NCBI GenBank assembly: GCA_027493955.1
Contig: JAOSJT010000001.1
Coordinates: forward strand, 3,960,586 to 4,024,585
Length of the DNA stretch: 64,000 nt
Reading direction: 5' to 3'
Source of the DNA: Bacteroidia bacterium
GTDB lineage: Bacteria; Bacteroidota; Ignavibacteria; SZUA-365
Shown in pieces: positions 1 to 10,324 of this stretch. The notes under the pieces are model-generated. The model was not told the origin of the DNA and did no database searches. It worked only from the letters and a program-made list of their open reading frames with translations. Position 1 is the stretch's first letter, and each line of letters starts with the position of its first letter. Made by a program: the position numbers and the translations under genes.

Positions 1-816
1 TGCACCCACCGTGACACCGAGCAGAATGGTAACGATGTCGATGAGCGGATTACGCGCGGTTTCCATCAGGCGCTTCGTTACACCGCTTTCCTTGAGCACA
101 TTGCCGAAAAAGAGCATGCCGAGCAGCGGCAGCGCGCCGGGAGAGATGAAACCGGTCACCAGAAAGCCGATGATGGGGAAGAGAATTTTCTCCTTTTTCG
201 ACACAGCGCGGGCGGGTTTCATGCGAATGAGTCGCTCCTTTTTGGTGGTCAGCAGCTTCATGATGGGCGGCTGAATGATGGGCACCAAACCCATGTAGGA
301 ATAGGCCGCGATGGCGATAGCACCGATGAGATGCGGGGCAAGCTTCGATGCAATGAAAATGGCCGTCGGACCGTCGGCGCCGCCGATAATACCAATGGCC
401 GCTGCCTCGTCGGGGCTGAATCCGAGATACAGTGCTCCAATGAGCGTAATGAAAATTCCGACCTGAGCTGCCGCTCCGAGCAGGACGAGTTTGGGGTTGG
501 AGAGCATGGCGGAGAAGTCCGTCATCGCGCCGATGCCGAGGAAAATCAACGGTGGATAAATACCTTTCACCACACCGTAGTACAGATAGTTGAGCACGCT
601 CCCCTCTTCGTAAATGCCGATCTGCATGCCGACATTTTCGAGAAAGGGAATGTTGCCGAGAATGATGCCAAAACCGATGGGCACGAGCAGCAAGGGCTCG
701 TAGTCCTTGGTAATGGCGATGTAGATGAAAAACAAGCCGGCAGCGATCATGATCATGTGACCGAGCGTCACATTCGCGAAACCGGAGAAATCAAAAAAAT
801 GCAGAAGGCCTTCCAT
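1..816 (-). CDS. mmdB: Na+-translocating methylmalonyl-CoA/oxaloacetate decarboxylase beta subunit (partial; 3' end of gene lies beyond window start)
   Basis: Manual reverse-strand translation from the ATG (reverse complement of 814-816) gives MEGLLHFFDFSGFANVTLGHMIMIAAGLFFIY...IGIIGGADGPTAIF..., a polytopic membrane protein with the OadB/MmdB GGADGPT motif. It is absent from the ORF track because no stop lies inside the window. It starts 5 nt after the BCCP gene on the same strand. Confidence 0.75.
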   Translation of the reverse strand, partial: MEGLLHFFDFSGFANVTLGHMIMIAAGLFFIYIAITKDYEPLLLVPIGFGIILGNIPFLENVGMQIGIYEEGSVLNYLYYGVVKGIYPPLIFLGIGAMTDFSAMLSNPKLVLLGAAAQVGIFITLIGALYLGFSPDEAAAIGIIGGADGPTAIFIASKLAPHLIGAIAIAAYSYMGLVPIIQPPIMKLLTTKKERLIRMKPARAVSKKEKILFPIIGFLVTGFISPGALPLLGMLFFGNVLKESGVTKRLMETARNPLIDIVTILLGVTVGA

Positions 817-821
817 CGCGA

Positions 822-1265
822 TCAACCTCCGATCTCGACGAGCACATCGCCTTCCAGGACGTTGTCGCCTTTGGAAATACGAAGCGCTGTCACGGTGCCG
901 TCATTGGGGGCGACAATATTGTTTTCCATTTTCATCGCTTCCATGACAAGCAGCACTTGCCCCGCCTTGACCGTGTCTCCTTCGCGGACGTGCATGTCCA
1001 GAATGACTCCCGGCAGCGGTGCCTTGATGATTTTGCCCTTATTCTCTTCCGGTTTGGCCGTGGTTTTCGGGCGTTCGCTTTCGGTCGTGTACGCGGGTGT
1101 GCGGACCAGTGTCGGGGTTTTGGAAATTTTCTTCTCCGCCTCGAACGAAACGTCGTAGACCGATCCGTTTACCTCGACAGTGGCGAGTCCCTCGTCAACC
1201 TTCTTGATCTCGACGGCGTAGTCCGTGCCGTTGATTTTGATATTGAACTTGCGTGCGGAATTCAT
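822..1265 (-). CDS. mmdC: biotin carboxyl carrier subunit of methylmalonyl-CoA decarboxylase
   Basis: 147 aa with a Pro/Ala-rich linker and a C-terminal biotinyl domain carrying the EAMKMEN biotinylation motif. It sits between the carboxyltransferase and beta-subunit genes. Confidence 0.85.
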   Translation of the reverse strand: MNSARKFNIKINGTDYAVEIKKVDEGLATVEVNGSVYDVSFEAEKKISKTPTLVRTPAYTTESERPKTTAKPEENKGKIIKAPLPGVILDMHVREGDTVKAGQVLLVMEAMKMENNIVAPNDGTVTALRISKGDNVLEGDVLVEIGG

Positions 1266-1281
1266 GACGATGCGTCCTCTG

Positions 1282-1746
1282 TCAGCGTTTGATGGTGAGA
1301 TGGGTCGGTGATGGCGTCATGGTGTACAGCTTGGAGCTCCACGGCGAATACGGCCGCGACACCTTGGAAATGGTCAGGACGGTTCGTTCTTCATCGTGCA
1401 GTTCATACAGATGCGACTGCAAGGCGAGCGCGATGGCGGCGACAACCTCGCCGCTGATACCGTTGCGAACCGGTGCCACCTGCGGGTCATCGTGTGTGGC
1501 TTTTGGTGTCGCGGGATTGGAGAGTACTTTCAGCGCTTTGATGAGAAAGGTGATCGTGGTCAACGCGGCAAAGACCACGAGGATACCGACGATAGTGATC
1601 ATGATTCCGTCGCCGGCTTGCACGGCATCCCAGCCGCTGAGTTTCCAGGCCGCTGCGGCACTATCGGCCGCGGCGGCGGCGATGCTGTCGGGCACGGCGA
1701 GGGAGCCCGCATCGTTCAGGGCAAGAGCCTCTGTATACTGAAACAT
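1282..1746 (-). CDS. mmdD: OadG-like small membrane subunit (gamma/delta) of the Na+ decarboxylase
   Basis: 154 aa with one N-terminal TM helix (GIMITIVGILVVFAALTTITFLI) followed by an Ala/Pro-rich tail, typical of OadG-family subunits. Position in the operon supports the call. Confidence 0.55.
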   Translation of the reverse strand: MFQYTEALALNDAGSLAVPDSIAAAAADSAAAAWKLSGWDAVQAGDGIMITIVGILVVFAALTTITFLIKALKVLSNPATPKATHDDPQVAPVRNGISGEVVAAIALALQSHLYELHDEERTVLTISKVSRPYSPWSSKLYTMTPSPTHLTIKR

Positions 1747-1758
1747 GCTCTTGACTCC

Positions 1759-3315
1759 TTACAACGGAATATTGCTGTGCTTTTTCATCGGGAGACTGTC
1801 ACGCTTGGTAGCGAGACTCTGCAGGGCGCGAATGACGCGGAAGCGCGTGTTGCGGGGTTCGATGACATCGTCAATGTACCCGTACTTCGCCGCGACGTAG
1901 GGAGTGGCGAATTTGCTGCGATACTCGCTCTCCATCATGCTGATGAACTGCGCACGGGCTTCGGCGTCTTTCTGTGACAGCTCGCGTCCATAGAGCACCT
2001 CGATTGCGCCGCGCGGACCCATGACGGCGATTTCGGCCGTGGGCCAGGCATAGTTGATATCGCCGTTGAGATGTTTGGAGCCCATCACATCATACGCACC
2101 GCCATAGGCCTTGCGCAGCACCACCGTCACTTTGGGAACGGTAGCCTCACCGTAGGCAAACAGGAGCTTGGCGCCGTTGGAAATGATGCCGCCGTATTCC
2201 TGCTGCGTTCCCGGAAGAAAACCCGGGACGTCGACAAAGGTGACGATAGGGATGTTGAACGCGTCGCAGAAGCGGATGAAGCGCGCGCCCTTCCGTGAGC
2301 AGTTGATGTCGAGCACACCCGCAAGATAGCTGGGCTGATTGGCGACGATACCCACGGACTGTCCGTTGAACCGAGCGAAACCAACCACGAGGTTCGGCGC
2401 ATAATGGCGCTGCACTTCGAGGAATTCTCCGCAATCCACAACCGCGTGAATCACGTCCTTGACGTCGTACGGTTTATTGGGATTTTCAGGAATGATGTAG
2501 TTGAGACTGTCTTCCAGGCGGTTAATGGGATCGCTGCAGTCAATTCTCGGCGGTTCTTCAAGGTTGTTCTGCGGCATGTAGCTGAGCATTTTCCTGATGA
2601 TCATGATCTGTTCTTCATCATTCTCACAGGCGAAATGCGCTACACCGGATTTCGCGGTGTGTATCGCCGCACCACCGAGCTCTTCGGTGCTCACATCCTC
2701 GTTGGTCACGGATTTGACAACCTTGGGACCAGTAACAAACATGTAGCTGGTTTCCTTGGTCATCAGGATGAAGTCCGTGATGGCCGGGGAGTACACGGCT
2801 CCACCCGCGCACGGTCCGAAGACGCCGGAAATCTGCGGAATCACCCCGGAAGCGATGATGTTTCGCTGGAAAATATCCGCATACCCGCCAAGGCTTTTCA
2901 CGCCTTCCTGAATGCGCGCGCCGCCGCTATCGTTCAGACCAATAACGGGAGCGCCGGCTTTCATGGCCATGTCCATAATCTTGCAGATCTTCTTGGCGTA
3001 CATCTCGGAAAGCGATCCGCCGAACACGGTGAAATCCTGCGAGAATACATACACCAGCCGACCGTCGATGGTACCGTAGCCGGTTACCACACCGTCCGAA
3101 AGATATGCTTCATTTTCCAGCCCGAAATCGATGCACCTATGGCTGACGAACATATCGAATTCTTCGAAGCTGCCTTCGTCCAGCAGCAGGTCCAAACGTT
3201 CGCGTGCCGTCAGCTTACCTTTGGCATGCTGCGATTCAATGCGTTTTTCACCGCCTCCTTTTCGCGCTTCAACGCGCTTTTCCAGGAGTTCCTTGATCTT
3301 GTCTTCGATTGCCAT
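1759..3315 (-). CDS. mmdA: methylmalonyl-CoA decarboxylase alpha subunit (carboxyltransferase, propionyl-CoA carboxylase beta-chain family)
   Basis: 518 aa. N- and C-terminal carboxyltransferase halves with conserved stretches ([76 protein letters not shown]). Confidence 0.9.
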   Translation of the reverse strand: MAIEDKIKELLEKRVEARKGGGEKRIESQHAKGKLTARERLDLLLDEGSFEEFDMFVSHRCIDFGLENEAYLSDGVVTGYGTIDGRLVYVFSQDFTVFGGSLSEMYAKKICKIMDMAMKAGAPVIGLNDSGGARIQEGVKSLGGYADIFQRNIIASGVIPQISGVFGPCAGGAVYSPAITDFILMTKETSYMFVTGPKVVKSVTNEDVSTEELGGAAIHTAKSGVAHFACENDEEQIMIIRKMLSYMPQNNLEEPPRIDCSDPINRLEDSLNYIIPENPNKPYDVKDVIHAVVDCGEFLEVQRHYAPNLVVGFARFNGQSVGIVANQPSYLAGVLDINCSRKGARFIRFCDAFNIPIVTFVDVPGFLPGTQQEYGGIISNGAKLLFAYGEATVPKVTVVLRKAYGGAYDVMGSKHLNGDINYAWPTAEIAVMGPRGAIEVLYGRELSQKDAEARAQFISMMESEYRSKFATPYVAAKYGYIDDVIEPRNTRFRVIRALQSLATKRDSLPMKKHSNIPL

Positions 3316-3745
3316 GTTTCGTCCTTGGACGGTCTAGTGGTACAGAGATGCGTGTTTGCCCCGCAAAAGTCAGGAGTTTTACTTCAAAACCCCCAATTGT
3401 AACAAAATTAGCGATTAGAGTGGTGAGTTACAATGTTTTTCTTTCATGTCGCTGCGTGGTCACGTCGATTTACCAGAAACATGAGCCGATTCGTCCGAAA
3501 TTACCGTATTCCAGAGATATCAAAACAAGAGGGTTTGCTTTTTCGAGAATGCCTTCGAGGAAGGACGAAAGCTCGTTGTGCGAACGCCGGCAGGTGGAGG
3601 AGATGCACCTCGGCGGTGAGAAAAGAATGGCTACGCTTGAAGCCGACCGTTCCGCGGCATGCTTCGAAAAAAAATCCAAGCGGAAGCCGAAGAGAGTTTG
3701 TTTTCGCTTCTTTTTTACAGTTTCTCTCTGCAAATTTCCGAATAC

Positions 3746-4813
3746 ATGAAACGAGAGCAGCTCCTCACCTTTATCAAAGTCGGCGTCACAGTCCTCATCA
3801 TAGGATTCTCCATTTATTTTTCTGTCTGGAAAGTGGATTTCCGCGAGTTGGGACGCAGCTTCACCACTGCGAATTACTGGTACGCGCTGCTCATTATTCC
3901 CGTCATCATTCTTTCGCATTACGTCCGGGCGCTACGCTGGAACGTCATTCTCGAGCGGATTCATCCCGGGGTAAGAACCGGCAATCTTTTCGCGGGCGTG
4001 ATGATCGGCTATTTCATGAACAATCTGATCCCGCGGAGCGGCGAGATCGTAAGACCGTGGTTCACCGCGCAGACGGAGAAGGACACCACGTTCAGCTCGC
4101 TCCTGGGTTCCATCATCGTGGAACGTTTTATCGACACCGTGGCATTGCTGCTTGTCATTGCGGCGATACTCTTTTTCGACCAGACCCTCTTCAGCGGCTT
4201 CGAAGAGATCGGTGTTGACGCCGGTGTGATCCAACCCATTCTGTACATGGCCATTGTGCTCGGCGTGGTGTTCATCATCATTGCGCCGAGCCGTGTCGGT
4301 TTATGGATGGCCGAGACGTTCAGTACCCCGTTCCTCTGGGCGGCGGGTCTGCCGGGATTGGGCAAACTGAGAGCATTGCGGGAGGGAGTGCTGAGCATGT
4401 TCCGCAAGCTGCAGCTGGGTTTCGGGGCCATCAAGTCGGTGCGGCAGGTGCTGCTGGTGACCGTTCATACCGTGCTTCTGTATTTCCTCTATCTGCTTCC
4501 GTTGTACATCATGTTCTTTGCTTTCGGAAGCGGGGAGCAGGGGACGACCACGATGTTCGCCGCGCTGGAAATCTGGGCGGTGACGGCGCTGGGCTATGCG
4601 GTAGCCCCCACACCGGGTGCGTTCGGGGTGTTTCACGCCACCGCGCGCATCGCTTTGATGAAATTCGCCGGTTTCTCCGAGGCCGACGCCGTCGCCTATG
4701 CAACACTGACGCATTTTGTGAACTACCTGGTCCCCATAGCTCTCGGAATTTACTATCTGCTGACGCGTAATATCAGCATGGGAACGCTGATGAAAGCCCG
4801 CTCCGCCGCCTGA
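3746..4813 (+). CDS. flippase-like / lysylphosphatidylglycerol-synthase-TM-region family membrane protein (UPF0104)
   Basis: ORF 3659..4813. Probable start at ATG 3746 (MKREQLL). About 8 TM segments and an RALRWNV-type motif typical of this family. Confidence 0.55.
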   Translation: MKREQLLTFIKVGVTVLIIGFSIYFSVWKVDFRELGRSFTTANYWYALLIIPVIILSHYVRALRWNVILERIHPGVRTGNLFAGVMIGYFMNNLIPRSGEIVRPWFTAQTEKDTTFSSLLGSIIVERFIDTVALLLVIAAILFFDQTLFSGFEEIGVDAGVIQPILYMAIVLGVVFIIIAPSRVGLWMAETFSTPFLWAAGLPGLGKLRALREGVLSMFRKLQLGFGAIKSVRQVLLVTVHTVLLYFLYLLPLYIMFFAFGSGEQGTTTMFAALEIWAVTALGYAVAPTPGAFGVFHATARIALMKFAGFSEADAVAYATLTHFVNYLVPIALGIYYLLTRNISMGTLMKARSAA

Positions 4814-4844
4814 AAGACGACCTTCCATTTTCCCGCACCGCCAC

Positions 4845-5963
4845 ATGTCCCGAACACATATTCTCGATCCCTGGAAGCTGCGATCGGGCTTCGTCGCCCG
4901 AAACCGTCTCGTGCTGGCGCCTATGACCACCTGGTCATCCCATGACGACGGCAGCATATCCGACGCCGAATGTGCGTATCTCCGGCGACGGTCCCAAGGT
5001 GTCGGTATAGTCATCACCGCCGCGTGCTACGTCCAGCGCTCGGGCAAGGCTTTCACCGGACAGTGGGGATGTGACGGCGCGGACAAACGCCCCTCGCTCG
5101 CCGCAGCGGCCGACGTGATTCATGAAGGAGGAGCTCTTGCAGTGCTGCAATTGCATCACGGCGGACGCATGTGTCCGGAATCCTTGCTCGATCACCCGCC
5201 GCATGCGCCGAGCGCGGTGCGCGCCGAGCGGCCCGGTGCCGATCTTCCCGCTCCGATGACGGAGGAACAGATACAGAGCAGTATCGAGGCCTTCGCTCGT
5301 GCGACGCGCCTGGCTGCCACCGCGGGATACGATGGAGTGGAAATTCACGGCGCCAATCACTACCTCCTCCAGCAATTTTTCTCACCGCACTCCAATCGAC
5401 GGGACGATACCTGGGGCGGTGATGTGCGGGATCGGTTGCTCTATCCCCTCGCCGTAACCGACGCCGTGCTTGCTGCCGTCCGGGACATGGATCAACCGTT
5501 TATCGTTGGCTACAGACTCTCGCCCGAGGAGGCTGAGCAGCCCGGCATCACCATGGAAGACACGCTCGAACTCGTGGACGCGCTCAGCCGGCGCACCCTG
5601 GACTGGCTGCACATCAGCACCCGGGACTACAAGGCAACATCGCTTCGCGATACGGACACGGCGTGGCGGCCAACACGGCGGGTTGTTGATGCACTTGCTT
5701 CCGTAACGGACGTCATCGGTGTCGGCTCGGTGTATACTCCCGCAGACGCGCAGTTCCTGCTCGACGACGGCTGCGCGGCCGCCGCGCTGGGGCGTATTCT
5801 GCTCATGGAACCCGAGTGGGTGGGTCTGCTTCAGAGCGGACAGGAGGGGAGTATACGTCAACACCTCCCGGCGGAGGATGGTGATGTACGACTTACCATT
5901 CCCACGTCCATGTACCGCATGCTGCTGTCGCGACCAGGGTGGTTACCGCTGGCCCGGGACTGA
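4845..5963 (+). CDS. NADH:flavin oxidoreductase, Old Yellow Enzyme family
   Basis: 372 aa with LAPMTT, LQLHHGGR and GYDGVEIHGANHYLLQQFFSPHSNRRDD(T)WGG motifs of the OYE TIM-barrel. Confidence 0.8.
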   Translation: MSRTHILDPWKLRSGFVARNRLVLAPMTTWSSHDDGSISDAECAYLRRRSQGVGIVITAACYVQRSGKAFTGQWGCDGADKRPSLAAAADVIHEGGALAVLQLHHGGRMCPESLLDHPPHAPSAVRAERPGADLPAPMTEEQIQSSIEAFARATRLAATAGYDGVEIHGANHYLLQQFFSPHSNRRDDTWGGDVRDRLLYPLAVTDAVLAAVRDMDQPFIVGYRLSPEEAEQPGITMEDTLELVDALSRRTLDWLHISTRDYKATSLRDTDTAWRPTRRVVDALASVTDVIGVGSVYTPADAQFLLDDGCAAAALGRILLMEPEWVGLLQSGQEGSIRQHLPAEDGDVRLTIPTSMYRMLLSRPGWLPLARD

Positions 5964-6365
5964 CAAGCGGGAAGGGTTTCATCGTTTTGAATCCGGTGTT
6001 GAAGGAAGAGAAGCAAGCCATGGGGCGCAGCTCCATGCGCGGCATGGATACGTCTGTTGCTTAACGAACGGATGGCGGATCAGATTTCGCTGCGGCAGCA
6101 ACGAGAAAGAAGTCCCGGGTAACAAGGTACAACACGCCGCGATCCACTCTGCCAGTGGGCACTTTTTCCTGATTCCCCCATTGCGGCACCCACAGTCACG
6201 CGAAAATAGCTCCTGAGAGTTCTTTGGATGCTTCTCTTACGAGTCGCCGCGTCCTGGGAGCAGCGGATTGCCGACGGTCACTCTCTCCTCGATAGAACCG
6301 TCGTCTGACTGAGAGCTTGTTCGATGACCGCAGCTCCATAGTTCGGGGTGAAGGAGTTTTTACCG

Positions 6366-6722
6366 ATCACAAGTGGGCGATTCATGAAGCACCGACATTT
6401 ACACAGGCAGTGGGCGATTCATGAACCACCCACATTTGCATCACAAATGGGCGATTCATGAACCACCCACATTTGCATCACAAATGGGCGATTCATGAAC
6501 CTCCCACATTTGCATCACAAATGGGCGATTCATGAACTCCCACATTTGCATCACAAATGGGCGATTCATGAACCACCCACATTTGCATCACAAATGGGCG
6601 TTTCATGAACCTCCCACATCTGCGTCACAAGTGGGCGATTCATGAAGCACCCACATTTGCATAGAAAATGGGCGATTCATGAACCACCCACATTTGCACA
6701 GAAAGTGGGCGATTCATGAAGC
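6366..6722. repeat. tandem array of about 9.6 copies of a 37-bp unit (TGGGCGATTCATGAA-CCACCCACATTTGCATCACAAA), degenerate at the edges
   Basis: Read directly from the sequence. Each unit contains the palindrome TTCATGAA and the inverted repeat CATTTG-N5-CAAATG. The period is not a multiple of 3. It lies in a 937-bp non-coding gap between convergent genes. Confidence 0.9.
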
Positions 6723-6899
6723 TCGACAAGCGCGCGGCAGCCAAATCTCAACGGCGCTTCCCGCAACCCATTGAACAGCATCTATCATGATCATTCCCCG
6801 ATACCGCGGCGATTCAGATGCGCGGCGTGGTTGTGTCTGTCCATCCACGATCGGAGAGTGCGTTATACCCGGGCCACTGCAGCGGCGAAAATGAAGCCG

Positions 6900-7832
6900 T
6901 CAGGCAAGGAGGTAGAAGACACCGCGATCCTCCCTGCGTGTGCGCAATTTCTGCTCTCCGATCATGACGTCAAGATACTTCCCGACATCGAGCGGGTGTA
7001 ATTGCAAACTGTCGGCGAGGTCGTCCAGCGTACAGGGACGCACGCGAAGCAGGGAGAGGATATGGGTTTCCACATCCGCGCTATAGGCGGTGCAGCGGTG
7101 GCGCAGAAGAGCTTTGCCGACTACTTCGACGTCGGGTCCCAGCTGTCGTGCGAGAGCGACAAGATTCTCTCTGGGCATGGGCTGTATCCAGTCCACAGCT
7201 CCTGGTCTGTCGAGTGCGTTGAGTTGAATGTGTGTCGTGCGCAGACGCTGCAGAGTGTGTCTGAACAATGCGATCTCCTCTTCCGTGTCGTTGATCCCGG
7301 GAATAACGAAAATCTCCAGCCAGATTTCACCGGTGAATTCCTGCGTGAACGCGACGAGTCCTTCGATGAGATCCGTGCTGCGCAAACCCGGACGCGGCCG
7401 GTTGATCTTGCGGAACACCTCTTCGGAAACGGCATCGAGGGAGGGCACGACAACGTCGGCCCGCAGTAATTCGGCGCGTACCGCCGCATCCGGCAAAAGA
7501 GTACTGTTGGTGAGAACGGTCACACGATATGCGGGGAATTCGTCCTTGAGCATGGCAATAATGCTGCCAATGCCGCTGTGCAGTGTGGGTTCGCCGGAAC
7601 CGGAAAACGTGATCGAATCGAGCTCGGGAGAGGCGGACAGGTATTCGCGTAATTCTGCGATGACGGCGGTGGTGGGGACATATTCCCTGCGCTCCAGCGT
7701 CAACTCGTCCGTCTTCCCGCACTCGCAGTAGAGGCAGTTGAGTGTACAGGTTTTATTGGGCGTGAGATCAATACCCAGCGATGTGCCAAGACGTCGCGAG
7801 GGGACAGGTCCAAAAAGATAGTTGTAGTGCAT
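6900..7832 (-). CDS. radical SAM protein with a C-terminal winged-helix-like domain
   Basis: ORF 6900..7970. Probable start at MHYNYLFGPVPSRRLG (ATG at reverse complement of 7830-7832). CxxxCxxC cluster CTLNCLYCEC. The C-terminal 60 aa look like a wHTH. Confidence 0.7.
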   Translation of the reverse strand: MHYNYLFGPVPSRRLGTSLGIDLTPNKTCTLNCLYCECGKTDELTLERREYVPTTAVIAELREYLSASPELDSITFSGSGEPTLHSGIGSIIAMLKDEFPAYRVTVLTNSTLLPDAAVRAELLRADVVVPSLDAVSEEVFRKINRPRPGLRSTDLIEGLVAFTQEFTGEIWLEIFVIPGINDTEEEIALFRHTLQRLRTTHIQLNALDRPGAVDWIQPMPRENLVALARQLGPDVEVVGKALLRHRCTAYSADVETHILSLLRVRPCTLDDLADSLQLHPLDVGKYLDVMIGEQKLRTRREDRGVFYLLA

Positions 7833-8151
7833 AGGGCAGTGCTTCGCTCCGTTCCTGTAAACTACGGCACGCCGATTTGCGGGGCAACGCGTGTCGGGTG
7901 CTCCCTGATGCATGCATGCCGGACAGAGTGTGAGACGGGCAGCGACTCTGTTCGTAGCAGGAGAACCCACATTCGACCAGGCTTCAGAAGTTCCATTGCT
8001 CTCGAGCCGGCGCGCCTCCCCGTAGCTCCTGTTGTCTGATAACGGACATTCCGCGCACGTTTTTCAAGACGGTACAATCCCTTTCGCCGAATTTCCTGTG
8101 GGCATTCCGATTTTCCTTGTCTCTGATTCAAGAGATTCCGATCTTACAAAG

Positions 8152-8170
8152 AATGTGCGTACTGCACATT
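8152..8170. promoter_or_regulatory. inverted repeat AATGTGC-N5-GCACATT upstream of argF (candidate operator)
   Basis: Seen in the 400-bp non-coding leader of the argF-arcC-pyrB-rocD cluster. Confidence 0.25.
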
Positions 8171-8431
8171 GTTTGAAACAGGAAGTGTGTGCATGATGCA
8201 TTGCGGCGTACATACGAACAGGGCGACGGCGGCGGTCTTACGCAGACTGCGCAAGCCCTCGCATTCATGCACGACGCGCTCCAGGAAGATCCTGCAATTC
8301 AAACACTACTGCACCGACGCCCCTATTTGACCCCAGCTCCTCCCCGCCGTAACGGCTTTCGCTCCGTCCCACGACAATCACGACCTTGTACCACATATTT
8401 CGGGCACGCTGTGCCCTTCAGGAGTATCACT

Positions 8432-9352
8432 GTGAAAGCGACCGACTTCCTCTCCGTCCGCGACATGAATCAGGAGGAGATCCTGGCCACCTTCGACATC
8501 GCCCTCGATATGAAAGCCGACCGCACGAAATATGCCGAAGCCCTCAAGGGTCAGGCGCTGGCGATGATTTTCGAGAAGCCCTCCCTTCGCACCCGCACGA
8601 CCTTCGATATTGGCATTCAGCAGCTCGGCGGATATTCACTCTACCTCTCACCGGCTGAAATCAGCCTCGGAAAACGCGAATCCGTGTACGATGTCGCGAA
8701 AAATCTCGAGCGCATGGTGCAGGGTATCATGATTCGCACCTTCGCGCATCAGATCGTCATTGATATGGCGAAGTTCGCTTCCATCCCCATTATCAACGGA
8801 CTCACCGACTTCTCGCACCCCTGCCAGGCGATGGCGGACTACCTCACCGTCAAGGAAGTGAAGGGCGAGCTGAAAGGCCTCAAGCTGTGCTATGTGGGCG
8901 ACGGCAACAACGTGGCGCACAGTCTCATGTTCGCCGGCGCTATCCTCGGTGTGGACGTCACTGTGGCCTGCCCCGCTGGTTACGAGCCCAACCTCATCGC
9001 CTTCCAGCAAGCCACGGAAGATGCCAAACTTTCGGGCGCGAAAATCGAAGTAGTACACGATCCGGCCGCCGGTGTGAAGAATGCCGATGTTGTGTACACC
9101 GACGTCTGGGCCTCGATGGGGCAGGAAGCCGAAGCCGCCGAGCGCCGCCGCATCTTCATGCCCTTCCAGGTGAACGAAGATCTCATGGCCAAGGCGAAGA
9201 CCGACGCCATCTTCATGCATTGTCTGCCTGCACATCGCGGAGACGAAGTGACAGACGGCGTGATCGACGCTCCGAATTCGGTGGTCTTCCAGGAGGCGGA
9301 AAATCGCCTTCATGCGCAAAAGGCCATCATGTATCAGTTGATGAAAAAGTAA
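8432..9352 (+). CDS. argF: ornithine carbamoyltransferase
   Basis: STRTR (SLRTRTTF), HPCQ and HCLPAHRGDEVT motifs are diagnostic of OTCase. ORF 8189..9352, but the conserved N-terminus starts at an in-frame GTG at 8432, preceded by AGGAG 8 nt upstream. ATG 8468 is an alternative start. Confidence 0.85.
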   Translation: MKATDFLSVRDMNQEEILATFDIALDMKADRTKYAEALKGQALAMIFEKPSLRTRTTFDIGIQQLGGYSLYLSPAEISLGKRESVYDVAKNLERMVQGIMIRTFAHQIVIDMAKFASIPIINGLTDFSHPCQAMADYLTVKEVKGELKGLKLCYVGDGNNVAHSLMFAGAILGVDVTVACPAGYEPNLIAFQQATEDAKLSGAKIEVVHDPAAGVKNADVVYTDVWASMGQEAEAAERRRIFMPFQVNEDLMAKAKTDAIFMHCLPAHRGDEVTDGVIDAPNSVVFQEAENRLHAQKAIMYQLMKK

Positions 9353-9361
9353 GGGCCGGCC

Positions 9362-10303
9362 ATGTCCCGTACAGCGCTCATTGCCATCGGCGGGAACTCG
9401 CTCATCCGCGCGGGTGAGCGCGGCACCATTGACGAGCAGCTCGCCAACGCGCACGCCACGGCGCGTTGTCTTGCCGAAATGGTGCAGCGCGGCTGGCGCA
9501 TCGTTATAACGCACGGCAACGGTCCCCAGGTGGGGGCCGCCCTGCTGCGTTCCGAACGCGCCGCCGGTGAAGTCTACACCCATCCCCTTGACGTCTGCGT
9601 CGCCACCACGCAAAGCGAAATCGGCTACCTGCTCCAGCGCGCGCTGGAGTACGAGCTTCGGCAGCTGGGCCTCACCACACCGGTGCTGACCGTGCTGACG
9701 CAGGTGCGCGTAGACGAACACGATCCCGCTTTCGCCCATCCCACCAAGCCTATCGGACCCTTCTATTCGAAGAAGGAAGCCGAGGACCGGCAGCGGCGTC
9801 TCGGCTGGAATATCGTCGAGGATTCGGCCCGCGGCTATCGCCGCGTCGTGCCCTCGCCCGAACCGAAAGAGGTGTTCGAACAGCACATCATCCGTAAACT
9901 GCTCGACGACGGCATGATTGTCATCGCCTGCGGTGGTGGCGGTATTCCCGTCATCGAGCGGGCGAATCACGAAGTGATCGGCTCCGAGGCCGTGATAGAC
10001 AAGGATCGCGCATCGGCCCTGCTCGCCTCGGAACTGGGTGTGGACCTCTTCATCATCAGCACTGATGCGCGGCAGGTGTTTGTGGACTTCAAGAAACCCA
10101 CGCAGCGGGGTCTCGACACAGCCAACGTATCCGAACTGCGGCAGCTCGCCGGCGAGGGGCAGTTCCCGGCCGGGAGCATGGGACCGAAAGTGGAGTCCGC
10201 CATCCGCTTCATCGAAAGCGGGGGCCGTGAAGTCATCATCACGTCATTTGAATATCTCACCAGCGCGCTCGACGGCAACGACGGCACGCGCATTGTTCCA
10301 TAA
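9362..10303 (+). CDS. arcC: carbamate kinase
   Basis: 313 aa. The IAIGGN N-terminus and overall amino-acid-kinase fold signature match carbamate kinase. Confidence 0.85.
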   Translation: MSRTALIAIGGNSLIRAGERGTIDEQLANAHATARCLAEMVQRGWRIVITHGNGPQVGAALLRSERAAGEVYTHPLDVCVATTQSEIGYLLQRALEYELRQLGLTTPVLTVLTQVRVDEHDPAFAHPTKPIGPFYSKKEAEDRQRRLGWNIVEDSARGYRRVVPSPEPKEVFEQHIIRKLLDDGMIVIACGGGGIPVIERANHEVIGSEAVIDKDRASALLASELGVDLFIISTDARQVFVDFKKPTQRGLDTANVSELRQLAGEGQFPAGSMGPKVESAIRFIESGGREVIITSFEYLTSALDGNDGTRIVP

Positions 10304-10324
10304 CCGGCACAGGAAGGACAGAGC

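Noticed and set aside
331-1158. 275-aa plus-strand ORF at the window start
   Set aside because: Antisense to the mmdB/mmdC genes. The Asp/Glu/Gly-rich translation is not protein-like.
6366-6722. Possible CRISPR array
   Set aside because: The 37-bp units are directly adjacent with near-identical variable parts. There are no unique spacers and no cas genes nearby.
6366-6722. Chromosomal origin (DnaA boxes) in the tandem array
   Set aside because: CCACCCACA only loosely resembles TTATCCACA (6 of 8). No dnaA/dnaN nearby and no AT-rich DUE.
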